The notes under the pieces: generated by a model
Seen by the model: only the letters and a program-made list of their open reading frames with translations
Databases searched by the model: none
What the model was told of the DNA's origin: nothing
Program-made: the position numbers and the translations under genes
Shown here: in pieces, positions 20,554 through 30,100 of the stretch
Layout: each line of letters opens with the position of its first letter
Position numbering within the stretch: position 1 is the stretch's first letter
DNA from: Armatimonadota bacterium
Lineage (GTDB): Bacteria > Armatimonadota > Fervidibacteria > Fervidibacterales > Fervidibacteraceae
Assembly: GCA_025060305.1 (NCBI GenBank)
Contig: JANXCD010000001.1
Location: 1 to 46,237 of the forward strand
DNA: 46,237 bases
Direction of reading: 5' to 3'

Positions 20554-20787
20554 ATGACTAAGGAGAAAGCGATTGAGGAAGAGTTGGAAAACCTGCGCAG
20601 AAAATTGATTGAGGCAGGAGTTAAGGTTTTGTCAGGCAATTGGGGTGGCAAGGGTGGAATTGCACGCTACAAAAATCAATGGCTTATCGTCATGGACAGG
20701 CATTTGCCTGTTTCCATGAAACTACGCCTGTTGCAAACTGCGTGTCAAATTTTGATGCCTGAAGAATTGGACGAAAAAGGCAAGTGA
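20554..20787 (+). CDS. Small hypothetical protein
   Basis: ATG 20554 after AGGGGAAGG; tightly packed between sdhB and mrdA. Confidence 0.6.
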   Translation: MTKEKAIEEELENLRRKLIEAGVKVLSGNWGGKGGIARYKNQWLIVMDRHLPVSMKLRLLQTACQILMPEELDEKGK

Positions 20788-20792
20788 GGTAG

Positions 20793-22580
20793 ATGGGAGA
20801 GCAAAAAATTGAAGTCCCTATCAAAAGGTGGCGTTTTTGCTTGTTCTGCACCATCGCTTTTGCTTTGCTCTTTATAGCAAGGCTTTGGTGGTTGCAAATT
20901 TATCAAGGCGAAAAATTAGACGAAAGAGCTCAAAGCAGATGTCTAAGAGCGATAATGATGAGAGCACCGAGAGGTCAAATTCTTGATAGAAAAGGAAAAG
21001 TTCTCGCCACTAACGAACCTTCTTTCACCATCTCTCTCTTCCCTGCAGAGTTTTCAACCGATGGTGCTGAACCAGAAAAAATCTGTCACATAATCGGTAT
21101 CCCGAAGGAAGTCCTTGAAAATGCCCTTTCAAGAATAAAAGCCAACAAAGTCCCACTCTTTGAACCAGTTCGTTTACTCGTCGGTGCTGATTTTGCTACG
21201 GTCACGAGAGTTTTTGAACGAAGTTGGGAATTGCCAGGAATAATGGTGCTTGAAGAACCTTGCAGACGCTATCCCTATGGCAAACTCGCTGCCCATGTGC
21301 TTGGGCATGTTGGCGCAGTTACGGAAGAAGAGTTAAAAAAGCGCAAGGATTTGGAACTCTTTGATTGGAGTGGAAAATTGGGCTTAGAACGATTTTATGA
21401 CTGTCAACTGCAAGGCGAGAATGGAAGGGAAATTATAGAAGTTGATGCTCGTGGCGCACCTGTAAGACGACTAAAGCGAGAGTTAGCCAAACCTGGGCAA
21501 ACTTTGGTGACCACCCTTGATTTAGATTTGCAAAAGGTGGCAGAAGAAGCGTTGAAGGGTAAGAGAGGCGCTGTTGTCGCTTTGAATCCCAAAACAGGAG
21601 AAGTTTTGGTGATGGCTTCATCACCAACCTTTGACCCAAACTGGTTCAGGAAAGGCATAAAACCTGAACTCTGGCGTTGGCTCATTTCTCACAAAGAGCA
21701 TCCATTGCAAAATAGAGCCATCGCTACTGCCCATGCGCCAGGTTCAACTTTTAAGGTCGTAACTGCCGTTGCAGCATTGATTTATGGCAAAGCGACAGCA
21801 AAAACTCAAACTAAATGTGGAGGCGGAAAGGTCATAGGAAAGAGATTTTTCCGATGTTGGCGAAGTCATGGAACGGTTGACTTGATAAAGGCCATAGGTC
21901 AATCTTGCGACACTTACTTTTACAACCTCGGTCTTGCTCTTGGTCCAGAAAAGTTGGCTTATATCGCCTCCTTGATGGGATTAGGTTCTAAAACAGGCAT
22001 AGATTTGCCTGGTGAAATTAAAGGTGTTTTGCCTAATCCCAAATGGAAGCGAAAACGATACAAGGAGCGTTGGTATGGTGGCGATACTGCGAACATGTCT
22101 ATCGGTCAAGGATATTTGTCAACTACACCTTTGCAGATGGCACTTGTGGCTTGTGCTGTTGCCAATAAAGGAGTTGTCTACCGCCCTCACCTCATCAAAG
22201 AGCGGAGAAGTCCCAGCGGAAAAGTCATAGAAATAGTCAAGCCACAGATTTTGAAACAGATAAACGCTCCGCCCTCGGTTTGGGAAATAGTTAAGCAAGG
22301 GATGTTGGCTGCAATTTATAGTTCTGGTGGAACTGCTCGGTTGCTCGCCGATTTGCCCATTAAAGTCGCAGGTAAAACAGGTTCTTCAGAGCATCGTAAA
22401 GGCGCAAAAACTCATGCTTGGTTCATCGCTTTTGCTCCCGCCGATAACCCTCAAATCGCTCTGTGCATCATGGTTGAAGAAGCAGGACATGGCGGTGAAA
22501 TTGCTGTTCCAATAGCGAAGCAAATCCTTCAAGCATTCTCGGCGAGAAGTCAAAAGCAAAAGAATTACATGCAACAGTGA
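20793..22580 (+). CDS. mrdA: Penicillin-binding protein 2 (class B transpeptidase)
   Basis: N-terminal TM, APRGQILDR, PGSTFK (SxxK), SCD (SxN variant), KTG. Confidence 0.93.
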   Translation: MGEQKIEVPIKRWRFCLFCTIAFALLFIARLWWLQIYQGEKLDERAQSRCLRAIMMRAPRGQILDRKGKVLATNEPSFTISLFPAEFSTDGAEPEKICHIIGIPKEVLENALSRIKANKVPLFEPVRLLVGADFATVTRVFERSWELPGIMVLEEPCRRYPYGKLAAHVLGHVGAVTEEELKKRKDLELFDWSGKLGLERFYDCQLQGENGREIIEVDARGAPVRRLKRELAKPGQTLVTTLDLDLQKVAEEALKGKRGAVVALNPKTGEVLVMASSPTFDPNWFRKGIKPELWRWLISHKEHPLQNRAIATAHAPGSTFKVVTAVAALIYGKATAKTQTKCGGGKVIGKRFFRCWRSHGTVDLIKAIGQSCDTYFYNLGLALGPEKLAYIASLMGLGSKTGIDLPGEIKGVLPNPKWKRKRYKERWYGGDTANMSIGQGYLSTTPLQMALVACAVANKGVVYRPHLIKERRSPSGKVIEIVKPQILKQINAPPSVWEIVKQGMLAAIYSSGGTARLLADLPIKVAGKTGSSEHRKGAKTHAWFIAFAPADNPQIALCIMVEEAGHGGEIAVPIAKQILQAFSARSQKQKNYMQQ

Positions 22581-22621
22581 AAAGAGTTAATCTTCAAGTT
22601 TTTTTCAAGACTTGTTGTAAT

Positions 22622-23863
22622 CTATAGTTTTGCATTCTCTAAAAACTCAAGCAAATCATGGGATTTTGGGACTTTTTTAAGTAACTCAGGGTCGCAGAGA
22701 TACTCCCCTAACTCCCTCATAACCTTATCACGCCTATAACGATACTTACCTTCCTTTCCTGCCAACATCAAGTATCCTACCATACACATCCCTACCCAAC
22801 TCTTCAATCCCTCTTCGCTGCGAACTATCCTCTTTGACAATCCCATCTCTTGCTTCAACACCCTTATCACCACCTCTATCTCTGAACGCTTCATGTATCG
22901 CTCAACAATTTTATCCCCTGACAACTTTGTGTTAGTGCATGCCAAATAGTAAACTTTCCCGTTCCTTCTCTTAAAGGGAATACACATGACCTTGCATCCC
23001 CACCTTCTGACATAAACCACCTTCGGCTTATTCACTATCTCATCTACTCTTCCCCTTCTCCCCCTGCAACTAACTATCATGTCCCTCCTTATCAATCCTA
23101 TCAAATCCCGTTCTGCCTTGTTCTTGATCACCCACTCAACCAATCTTTGGTTCATCAAACCCCCGTCAACCAAAAGGGTCAATTTATCAGGAAGTGAAGA
23201 AAGAAGTGAAGAAAGTAAAGACAAAAGCTCTTTACTTCAAAGTTTGCTGGTGCTTTATTCCATGCCACTGGCTTTAGCCAGTGGTTGATGACGAATTTAC
23301 AAGCGCCGAATTCATTCGGCGAAAAATTTACACCGTCTGAAGACGGCGCTCAGAAGTCTCGTCAGCAACTATGGGCTAAAGCCCATAGCATGGTTGCTGA
23401 AAAGTGCTTGTTTGCTCATGCCACTGGCTTTAGCCAGTGGTTGATGACGAATTTACAAGCGCCGAATTCATTCGGCGAAAAATTTACACCGTCTGAAGAC
23501 GGCGCTCAGAAGTCTCGTCAGCAACTATGGGCTAAAGCCCATAGCATGATTGGAAAAAATGGTCACCAAAAACATTTGTAGTAAAGAGCGTCGCTTTAAG
23601 AGAGTAGTGTCAAAAGAGATGACGGGTCTGATTTTCTTGAAAGCCTTAAGGCAAAGGAGTGAGAGAAGGGAAAAGATTTTCAAAACGAAGGGGCAAAGGA
23701 TAGCGAGATAGCGATAGAGTTTGTATTGGGAAAGGAAGGGGTTTTCTGAGAAAGACTTTCTGTCAGAAAGGCAAGAGTAAAGGGTTGCCCAAAAGGGAAT
23801 TTGGTGGCAAAATGGGACGACGGTAACGACCAAGTGAATGAGAATTTCTGTCGGGAGAGGCAT
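22622..23863 (-). pseudogene. DDE transposase split by a 363-bp repeat insertion
   Basis: N-part ...ISFDTT (23863-23590) and C-part LLVDGG...YMKRSEIEVVIRVLKQEMG (YREK-like motif) in the same frame. Confidence 0.8.
23227..23589. mobile_element. Non-autonomous MITE/REP-like element with internal tandem duplication
   Basis: 10-bp TIRs GCTCTTTACT / AGTAAAGAGC; two identical 132-bp units at 23261-23392 and 23417-23548. Confidence 0.85.
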
Positions 23864-24044
23864 CACAATCAACCTCCTTTTTCGTTGAAGTTTTAAGTTG
23901 ATGTCTCTCCCCAAATTTTTTCATTGTCTTTGGTTTTCTGCGACCTGTTTCCATTGAGAGATGGCTGATTTTATTGGCAAATTAGGGCTATGCAAAACTA
24001 TAGTTAAAGCAAAATAGCAATGAATTTAGAGACTACTCAAGTAA

Positions 24045-27000
24045 GTGGTGAGCAAAATGATTCTTAGGCGAATATTGACAGTCTTTGCATTAGGGTTTAT
24101 CTTAGCAGCGCTGGCTTGTGTTTCTTTCCTTGAGTTGGCAACAGCCAAAGATAAAAAGCCGGCAATTTTAATTTTGATGCCGAACGCAGAATGGCCACCC
24201 GGCGATTGGGATTATGATTTGTTGCGTGAACTTGAAGGTGCTGGGTTTGAAATTGACTATACTGATACTGCTTCAAATCTTACTTGGGAATTGCTAAAAA
24301 ATTTCAATTGTTTGCTCGTTCGTGAGATACCGCACCCTGAAGCGCCTATGAAGCCCTACCAGAAGCCAACTTACGATGAACTGAAATTCTTATGCCGAAA
24401 ATTTTTACAATCTGGCGGCGGCATCTTCTTTGCGATAGATGATATAAACTCACTTGCTGCAACTTGGATGATGCCACAAGAATTCTTTGTAGAGTTTGGC
24501 GCTCGCTTACCAAGAGAAGTCCTTTACGACCCCGGAACTGAAATTCCACACCCACGCTTGCCACTTCAATCTGATAGGGAAATGGCATTCACATCGCAAA
24601 TTTTGCCAAGCCCAGTTAGCGAAGGCGTTCGTGGTCTTTGGTATCCATTGCCATTCACTGCGCCAATTGAAGTTTCAAGTGAGTGGACAGTTGTTGTCAA
24701 AGGAAGCCCGACATCGTTTTCAAGACCAATGACAGATAAGGAATTTTTCGCAAACTTTGGTCACTTTGGTGAATTGGGTGCAATAAAAGGTGAACCTTAT
24801 AGACGGAAAGAAACAGTAAAAGAACCCATACTTGTTGCTATCCGTGAGTTCAACGGTGGACGAATCGCTCTAATGCGAATCTTCAGCAACTTCCACCTTC
24901 GTGCTGGAAGCAAATGGTGGTATGACAGAGTCGTTTGGGAAAAAGGAATGGCTGGAAGACCGAGCGATCTAAAGCGCCTTTTCATCAACATCTTGCGTTG
25001 GCTTAGTGAACCATCTTTGCGGGAGGGCACGCTTGATGGCAATGTCAGCCCACCAGAGAGGCTCGTCCATCCACAAGACAGAATGGATCCAAAGAGCGTC
25101 ATTGTCCAATGGTCAGATTATCCAGATGCCCAAGAAAATAGTCTGAGATTTGGCGCACCACCAAAGCAATTCAAAGGCTTCATTGGTGCACGCACAATTT
25201 ACTCCGATGGTCAAAACACTGTCGCTGAGTATGCAGCAAGCGCAACTGAATTGGGGCTAAATTTCATAGTTTTCCTTGAAGATTTTGATGCGTTGACGCC
25301 AGAGAAATTTGAATCTTTGAAGAAAGAGTGCGAAAAGTGTTCGTCGGAAAATCTTTTGCTCATTCCCGGTTGGACAATGCGGGACAATATAGGGCACAAT
25401 ATCTTCATTTTTGGCGCTAATCTTGACTACCCTCCACCATCAGTTCTAATTGGGACAAACAAGAAACTCCTGCATCAACAGGCAGTAGACGACAAAGGGA
25501 AATTTATCGCTGCTACGATACCATCATTGACATGGATTTTGCGTGATATAGAAGGCAGACAAAATCAACTTGGCTATTTCAACTTTCGCTCTTCACCCAA
25601 TTGCTATCCTTGGAATGTTCGCCTTTATGGTGGCATCGCTGTCTGGTTTTGGGAAGACAATAGGCTAATTGAAGACCTTTGGGATTCTTTCCTTGAGTTA
25701 AATGCTCAAGCACTCCAACCAAATCCTTTCGCTATCAATATCGTCAGGACAGTTAAGGCTTTTTCCATCGGTGTTAAACAAGGATTGGGCATAAACTATG
25801 CATTCTCGGACAATTTGAAGAATGTTCCAAAAAGATTGGCATATAAGTTTAGAGCAGGTGGCGAACCTCATCAATACATTTCCACAGGTCCTGTCATATT
25901 TGATTGGAGAAGATTAAACCGAGATTATTGGACATACGGTGGCGAGCAGTTTGTAACACCAAATTACCGATGGCCGCTCAAAATCTCCGTCGCTTCGGAC
26001 ACCAATTTGAAGAGTGTTGAAATTTATGACAGGGATTTGCTGCTTTATCGCTTTATTCCGAAGGGGCAAAAACAATTTGAGAAAGTGCTTGAACTAAATT
26101 GCGGTTATGGTCGCAATATTGTCATGAGAGTTGAAGACCAAAAGGGGAAAGTTGCCATTAGTGATGTCGCATACGGTTGGAATCAAGCCTTTTCGCCAGT
26201 TTGGTGCTCGGATAGAGTAAACAACTGTGGAAACTACGGCATTGGACACGGTCCGCTTTTCTTCTCCGCTGCAGCACCTGCTAACTTCCCGCTTGGTGCA
26301 ACTTGGGATGGCGGACCTTCTGGAATTAGCCCTGTGATACATCCGCAAGGCATTGAGCCATTTTTGGACAGCGACCTTGGAAAGCAATTTGAAGATCGCC
26401 GCCCCCATATTGCACGACCTTTTGAAGACATAATGAGTCCAGACGGTTATGTATTCAGCGCCGAGTGTGCATGGACTACTCCAAAGGAAGTTCCATCTAT
26501 AAACCCTTGGCATACAATTGGACCACTTGTTGAGACCCCATTGTTTCAATTCCGTCTAAAACATACTGGTTTTCAGCCTCGTCCAGTGCGTGCCAATCCA
26601 GAGTTGCATTGGTCTTATCCAGAAAGGAGAGGCAGTTCAATAGCCAAATTTGAAGGAGAAATTCTTTTCAAAAAAGCATTAAGGGTTAACCGACTTTATC
26701 TTTTTGGTGTCGGTCTCGGAAATATGCGTCAAATTGCCAATGCTGTGCCGTTTGTTGTCATCAACGACGGTAACGGCAATTTCTGGTCTGGGACATTGGA
26801 GAGTTTTCGCTTAGGACATTTTTTCAATAAACCCGAACAAAAGGCTTTAGAAATTTTGATTCATCGTGGAGGATATGCTGCACTCTTTGCTCAAACTCCT
26901 TCTAATGCTTTTGCCATTTACAACTTGGGAGAGCCACTGAAAGTTGTCATTAATGACTCAGAATTAAACCCCAATTTCAATGGCGCTATTGCCTTCTACG

Positions 27001-27746
27001 CACCTTTAGAAGGCAAGCAAGTTAATCGTGGCGAAAAATATCGTTATAGCCTTCTAATTCTCAACGACCCGATGGATGAAGATGGTAAAAACGGAAGAAG
27101 ATACGAAATCATAAGGAGATTTTTAGGGATGAGCGGTGAAAGCCCCAAATTTGAACTTCGTCAGGGTAAACTTGTAGGTTACTTTGGCATGCTTGATGCA
27201 AAGGCTCAAGGTGGTGCAATTGAAATTTACATGAAGAAGCCTGACGAAAGACTTAACATTCCATTTCCAGTGAGAATTCATGGCTTAAATCCGAAGTGGT
27301 CAGCAGGATTGTTCCAAATTGATGGATACACTGAAGGCAAATATACTGATGGCAAGAATGTTTACCGAACAATTGGCGTAACAAAGGATGGATATGGTTT
27401 TGCCACTCTATATCCAGATTATTCGGAAATTACTCATGTTATCGTCGGTCATCCAATTGTTGCCGATGATGAAAGGGTTGCCATAATTTTCGCCCATACT
27501 AACTGGAAACCGCATGAATATTGGCTGATGGTGAATAATCCTACGGAAAAGCCAATTACCACGACAATTCGTCGGCGAATCCCATTGCCCAATTTAAACT
27601 TCACAAAACAGCGCATAGTGCTTCAGCCTGGTGAAGACCGAATATTGCTAACTCCGAAGAATTGGAGTAATTTGGTTGCCAACAATCGGGAAGAATTCGG
27701 AGAATTCTTCGCAAAATCTTTGATGGCATGTGAAGGTTGCCAGTGA
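24045..27746 (+). CDS. Large secreted hypothetical protein with a degenerate PHP-like domain
   Basis: 1233-aa ORF, signal/TM at N-terminus; segment FKGFIGARTIYSDGQNTVAEYAASATELGLNFIVFLED resembles the start of a PHP domain. Confidence 0.7.
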   Translation: MVSKMILRRILTVFALGFILAALACVSFLELATAKDKKPAILILMPNAEWPPGDWDYDLLRELEGAGFEIDYTDTASNLTWELLKNFNCLLVREIPHPEAPMKPYQKPTYDELKFLCRKFLQSGGGIFFAIDDINSLAATWMMPQEFFVEFGARLPREVLYDPGTEIPHPRLPLQSDREMAFTSQILPSPVSEGVRGLWYPLPFTAPIEVSSEWTVVVKGSPTSFSRPMTDKEFFANFGHFGELGAIKGEPYRRKETVKEPILVAIREFNGGRIALMRIFSNFHLRAGSKWWYDRVVWEKGMAGRPSDLKRLFINILRWLSEPSLREGTLDGNVSPPERLVHPQDRMDPKSVIVQWSDYPDAQENSLRFGAPPKQFKGFIGARTIYSDGQNTVAEYAASATELGLNFIVFLEDFDALTPEKFESLKKECEKCSSENLLLIPGWTMRDNIGHNIFIFGANLDYPPPSVLIGTNKKLLHQQAVDDKGKFIAATIPSLTWILRDIEGRQNQLGYFNFRSSPNCYPWNVRLYGGIAVWFWEDNRLIEDLWDSFLELNAQALQPNPFAINIVRTVKAFSIGVKQGLGINYAFSDNLKNVPKRLAYKFRAGGEPHQYISTGPVIFDWRRLNRDYWTYGGEQFVTPNYRWPLKISVASDTNLKSVEIYDRDLLLYRFIPKGQKQFEKVLELNCGYGRNIVMRVEDQKGKVAISDVAYGWNQAFSPVWCSDRVNNCGNYGIGHGPLFFSAAAPANFPLGATWDGGPSGISPVIHPQGIEPFLDSDLGKQFEDRRPHIARPFEDIMSPDGYVFSAECAWTTPKEVPSINPWHTIGPLVETPLFQFRLKHTGFQPRPVRANPELHWSYPERRGSSIAKFEGEILFKKALRVNRLYLFGVGLGNMRQIANAVPFVVINDGNGNFWSGTLESFRLGHFFNKPEQKALEILIHRGGYAALFAQTPSNAFAIYNLGEPLKVVINDSELNPNFNGAIAFYAPLEGKQVNRGEKYRYSLLILNDPMDEDGKNGRRYEIIRRFLGMSGESPKFELRQGKLVGYFGMLDAKAQGGAIEIYMKKPDERLNIPFPVRIHGLNPKWSAGLFQIDGYTEGKYTDGKNVYRTIGVTKDGYGFATLYPDYSEITHVIVGHPIVADDERVAIIFAHTNWKPHEYWLMVNNPTEKPITTTIRRRIPLPNLNFTKQRIVLQPGEDRILLTPKNWSNLVANNREEFGEFFAKSLMACEGCQ

Positions 27747-27884
27747 TTGAATTACGCAGTGGTAGCAAATGAAGTCCGCTCACATCGTTAATTCTTTACG
27801 ACAATTTTCAGGGCAGACTATCGTCTACAAAATGGCACCAACTTTGCAAATCCTATTAAGATGACTTTTCAAGCCTTTCATCTG

Positions 27885-27913
27885 TTGACGACAAAAATTT
27901 TTTGCTCTAAACT
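27885..27913 (+). promoter_or_regulatory. Sigma70-type promoter for the tRNA pair
   Basis: TTGACG-17bp-TAAACT, 16 bp upstream of tRNA-Asp. Confidence 0.65.
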
Positions 27914-27929
27914 TTTAAGCGCACACCTT

Positions 27930-28007
27930 GGGCCCGTGGTGCAGCCTGGTTAGCACGTCGGCCTGTCAAGCCGGAGGTCGCGGGTTCAAATCCCGTCGGG
28001 CCCGCCA
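27930..28007 (+). tRNA. tRNA-Asp(GTC)
   Basis: Acceptor stem GGGCCCG/CGGGCCC, anticodon loop CTGTCAA, GGTTCAAATCC T-arm, encoded CCA. Confidence 0.97.
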
Positions 28008-28029
28008 TGACTTGAAGCGAAATTCAAAT

Positions 28030-28104
28030 GCCAGGGTAGCTCAGTGGTAGAGCACCGGACTGAAAATCCGGGTGTCCGCGGTTCGACTCCGCGCCCTGGC
28101 ACCA
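28030..28104 (+). tRNA. tRNA-Phe(GAA)
   Basis: Acceptor stem GCCAGGG/CCCTGGC, anticodon arm CCGGA-CTGAAAA-TCCGG, GGTTCGACTCC, encoded CCA. Confidence 0.97.
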
Positions 28105-28146
28105 AACTCAAAATTGTAGAGTTTGTTGGTGGCTCATTTCAATTAC

Positions 28147-29922
28147 TTACTCTACTCCTATTCTCTTAGCCCAATCATCAAGGGTTTGCCACTCGTTGAT
28201 GTGGGTTGTTCCCGCCTTGCGAGCAATTGAAAGGAACTTGCGCAAAAGTTCAATGCGAGCATCGCCTGTCACTCGGTTAGTAGCAATCTTGACATACCAA
28301 ACTGGCAATCGTGCAACTTGAATTCTAAAGCGAACTTCTTCACTTTCAGCAAGCCTTTCGGCTTCGTCAAACAATCGCTCTGCCGTTTCAAGGAATTCGT
28401 CATTGTTCAAATGCGGAACAGTTGGCGGTTCAAAAATGTGAGCGTGATAACCTTTCTCACGAACTTGCCGATGAAGCAACTCCATGTAAGCCCTAACTGC
28501 TCCAGATGCTTTGCCATAGTAGCCATTCAGGAAATCGTTGATGTGGCGTTTAATGTCGGTTTGTGGGTTCCAAAGCAACTTCGCTAAAACATAAGCCCTA
28601 AGTGGTGCCATTTCGCCTTTGCCACCTGGCGAATAGTTGCCCTGCTCAAACAAACCCTTGACTCCGTGCTTGACAAAAAATTGCACATTCGCTTGAAGGA
28701 CTTCAAAATTCGGGAACGGTTGGATGTAGTTGGCGAAGTTAGTCGTGTAATCCCAAACATAAAGCAACGGCGCAACAGGTTGCCATGCTTTTATGTCTTC
28801 TCGGAAGCGACGATTTTCTTCGGAGGGGCAACTTTCCAGCGGATGAGCGAAACAGCATTCAATTGAACAAAGGCGGATGATGACATTTTTGTGCGGTCGC
28901 AAATTTTTAGGTGGCTTGCGGCTGTAAGTGTAAGCCAGTGTCTCTATTCGGATGTGTGGGTAATCTTTTTCAATCGCTTCAGCGATAGTGTTGACAAACT
29001 TTATAATTGAAGCCGATGGGCTTCCCTCAGCATCGTCAAGGGCTTTGCAACTGGGACATTGACACCAATTACCTGTGTCATTTTGCGAAACATCAATAAT
29101 GGTCACATCTGGGTTGTCTTTGATCCACTGCTTCACCCTTTCAATTGCCATCTTCACCAGATCAGGATTGGACAGACATCGTTGCACATAGCCGCTCACC
29201 CGCTTGCCATCAATCATCGGCCAAAATTCAGGTCGCTTTTCGCAAACTTCTCTGGGGATGAGCAAATCAAAACTGTGGACGAAAGGATAGAACACCACTG
29301 CTCTTCCACCATGTTTTTCTGTCAAGCGATAATGGTGACCGTTGAGCCGATGGCGAGCGGCGAAGTCAGCCTCTTTACCCCATTGAAGCATCTCTGTCCA
29401 GAAAACTTCACGATACTCCAGCGCTGGCATTTGAGTTTCGTTCAATTTGGGCAATTCAACCCGTTCCATCTTCGGCACGAATTCAACTTCTGGCGTGAAC
29501 CAACGGATGCCAAGTTTTTCTTCAAGCAGTGCATAAACTCCGTAAAGAGTGCCTCGTGGTTTGCCACCTGCGATGATAAGATAGTTTCGGTGAGTTCGCA
29601 ACACAAAACCGTCAGTGCCCAACTTGGCAAAGTCAACTTGAAGGCGCAAATTACTCAAATGAGCATTGTCGCCGAGCAAGATTTCATGTTCCTTCATCGG
29701 CTCACTGTCCGTCACAATCGGCAACTTGACGCCGCTAATCCGTTCCAAATAACGCTGCAATTCTTCGGCAGCATAACGCTCCGACGGAATTGCTTTTGAA
29801 GGGATAACGATGCGGTAACTGCTTTTGCTCTTCTCAGCCAATACCACTTGCCCCACAGCCATCCCCCCTGCAAGAATTGTCAACGCCACAAATGTTACCA
29901 TAGCCACTTGCCATTTTCTCAT
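28147..29922 (-). CDS. Secreted DUF4838-domain protein (putative glycoside hydrolase-like)
   Basis: Signal peptide, YAAEELQRYLERISG, RGTLYGVYALLE..GIRW, QRCLSNP, SQND..WCQC..C, TLAYTYS. Confidence 0.82.
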   Translation of the reverse strand: MRKWQVAMVTFVALTILAGGMAVGQVVLAEKSKSSYRIVIPSKAIPSERYAAEELQRYLERISGVKLPIVTDSEPMKEHEILLGDNAHLSNLRLQVDFAKLGTDGFVLRTHRNYLIIAGGKPRGTLYGVYALLEEKLGIRWFTPEVEFVPKMERVELPKLNETQMPALEYREVFWTEMLQWGKEADFAARHRLNGHHYRLTEKHGGRAVVFYPFVHSFDLLIPREVCEKRPEFWPMIDGKRVSGYVQRCLSNPDLVKMAIERVKQWIKDNPDVTIIDVSQNDTGNWCQCPSCKALDDAEGSPSASIIKFVNTIAEAIEKDYPHIRIETLAYTYSRKPPKNLRPHKNVIIRLCSIECCFAHPLESCPSEENRRFREDIKAWQPVAPLLYVWDYTTNFANYIQPFPNFEVLQANVQFFVKHGVKGLFEQGNYSPGGKGEMAPLRAYVLAKLLWNPQTDIKRHINDFLNGYYGKASGAVRAYMELLHRQVREKGYHAHIFEPPTVPHLNNDEFLETAERLFDEAERLAESEEVRFRIQVARLPVWYVKIATNRVTGDARIELLRKFLSIARKAGTTHINEWQTLDDWAKRIGVE

Positions 29923-30100
29923 ACCAATTCACCTCCTTTGATGAATCTCACCAAAACACAAGTATTGGCAAGCGAATTTGCCTGAGAGCGAGGACGAGTT
30001 TCGTGAATTTATGCAATGACGGAAACTTTAGTCACCAAAATCCATCAATTGTATGCGTTCTCTTAAACTTTCCAGGCAGAGGAAGAGAGCAGCAAAAAAT

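Larger units (their letters stand above)
22622..24003 (-). mobile_element. Insertion sequence (DDE transposase, IS4/IS701-like superfamily), interrupted
   Basis: Perfect 14-bp inverted repeats CTATAGTTTTGCAT (22622-22635) and ATGCAAAACTATAG (23990-24003); transposase stop codon lies inside the IR. Confidence 0.85.

Noticed and set aside
23261-23548. CRISPR array
   Set aside because: Only two identical 132-bp units with one 24-bp gap; no unique spacers and no cas genes
23285-23581. 98-aa ORF with a duplicated peptide
   Set aside because: By-product of the 156-bp repeat period; no RBS
27930-28146. Integrated element at the tRNAs
   Set aside because: No integrase and no duplicated tRNA 3' end seen in the window
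29059-29799. 246-aa plus-strand ORF
   Set aside because: Antisense to the DUF4838 gene with no recognisable motifs
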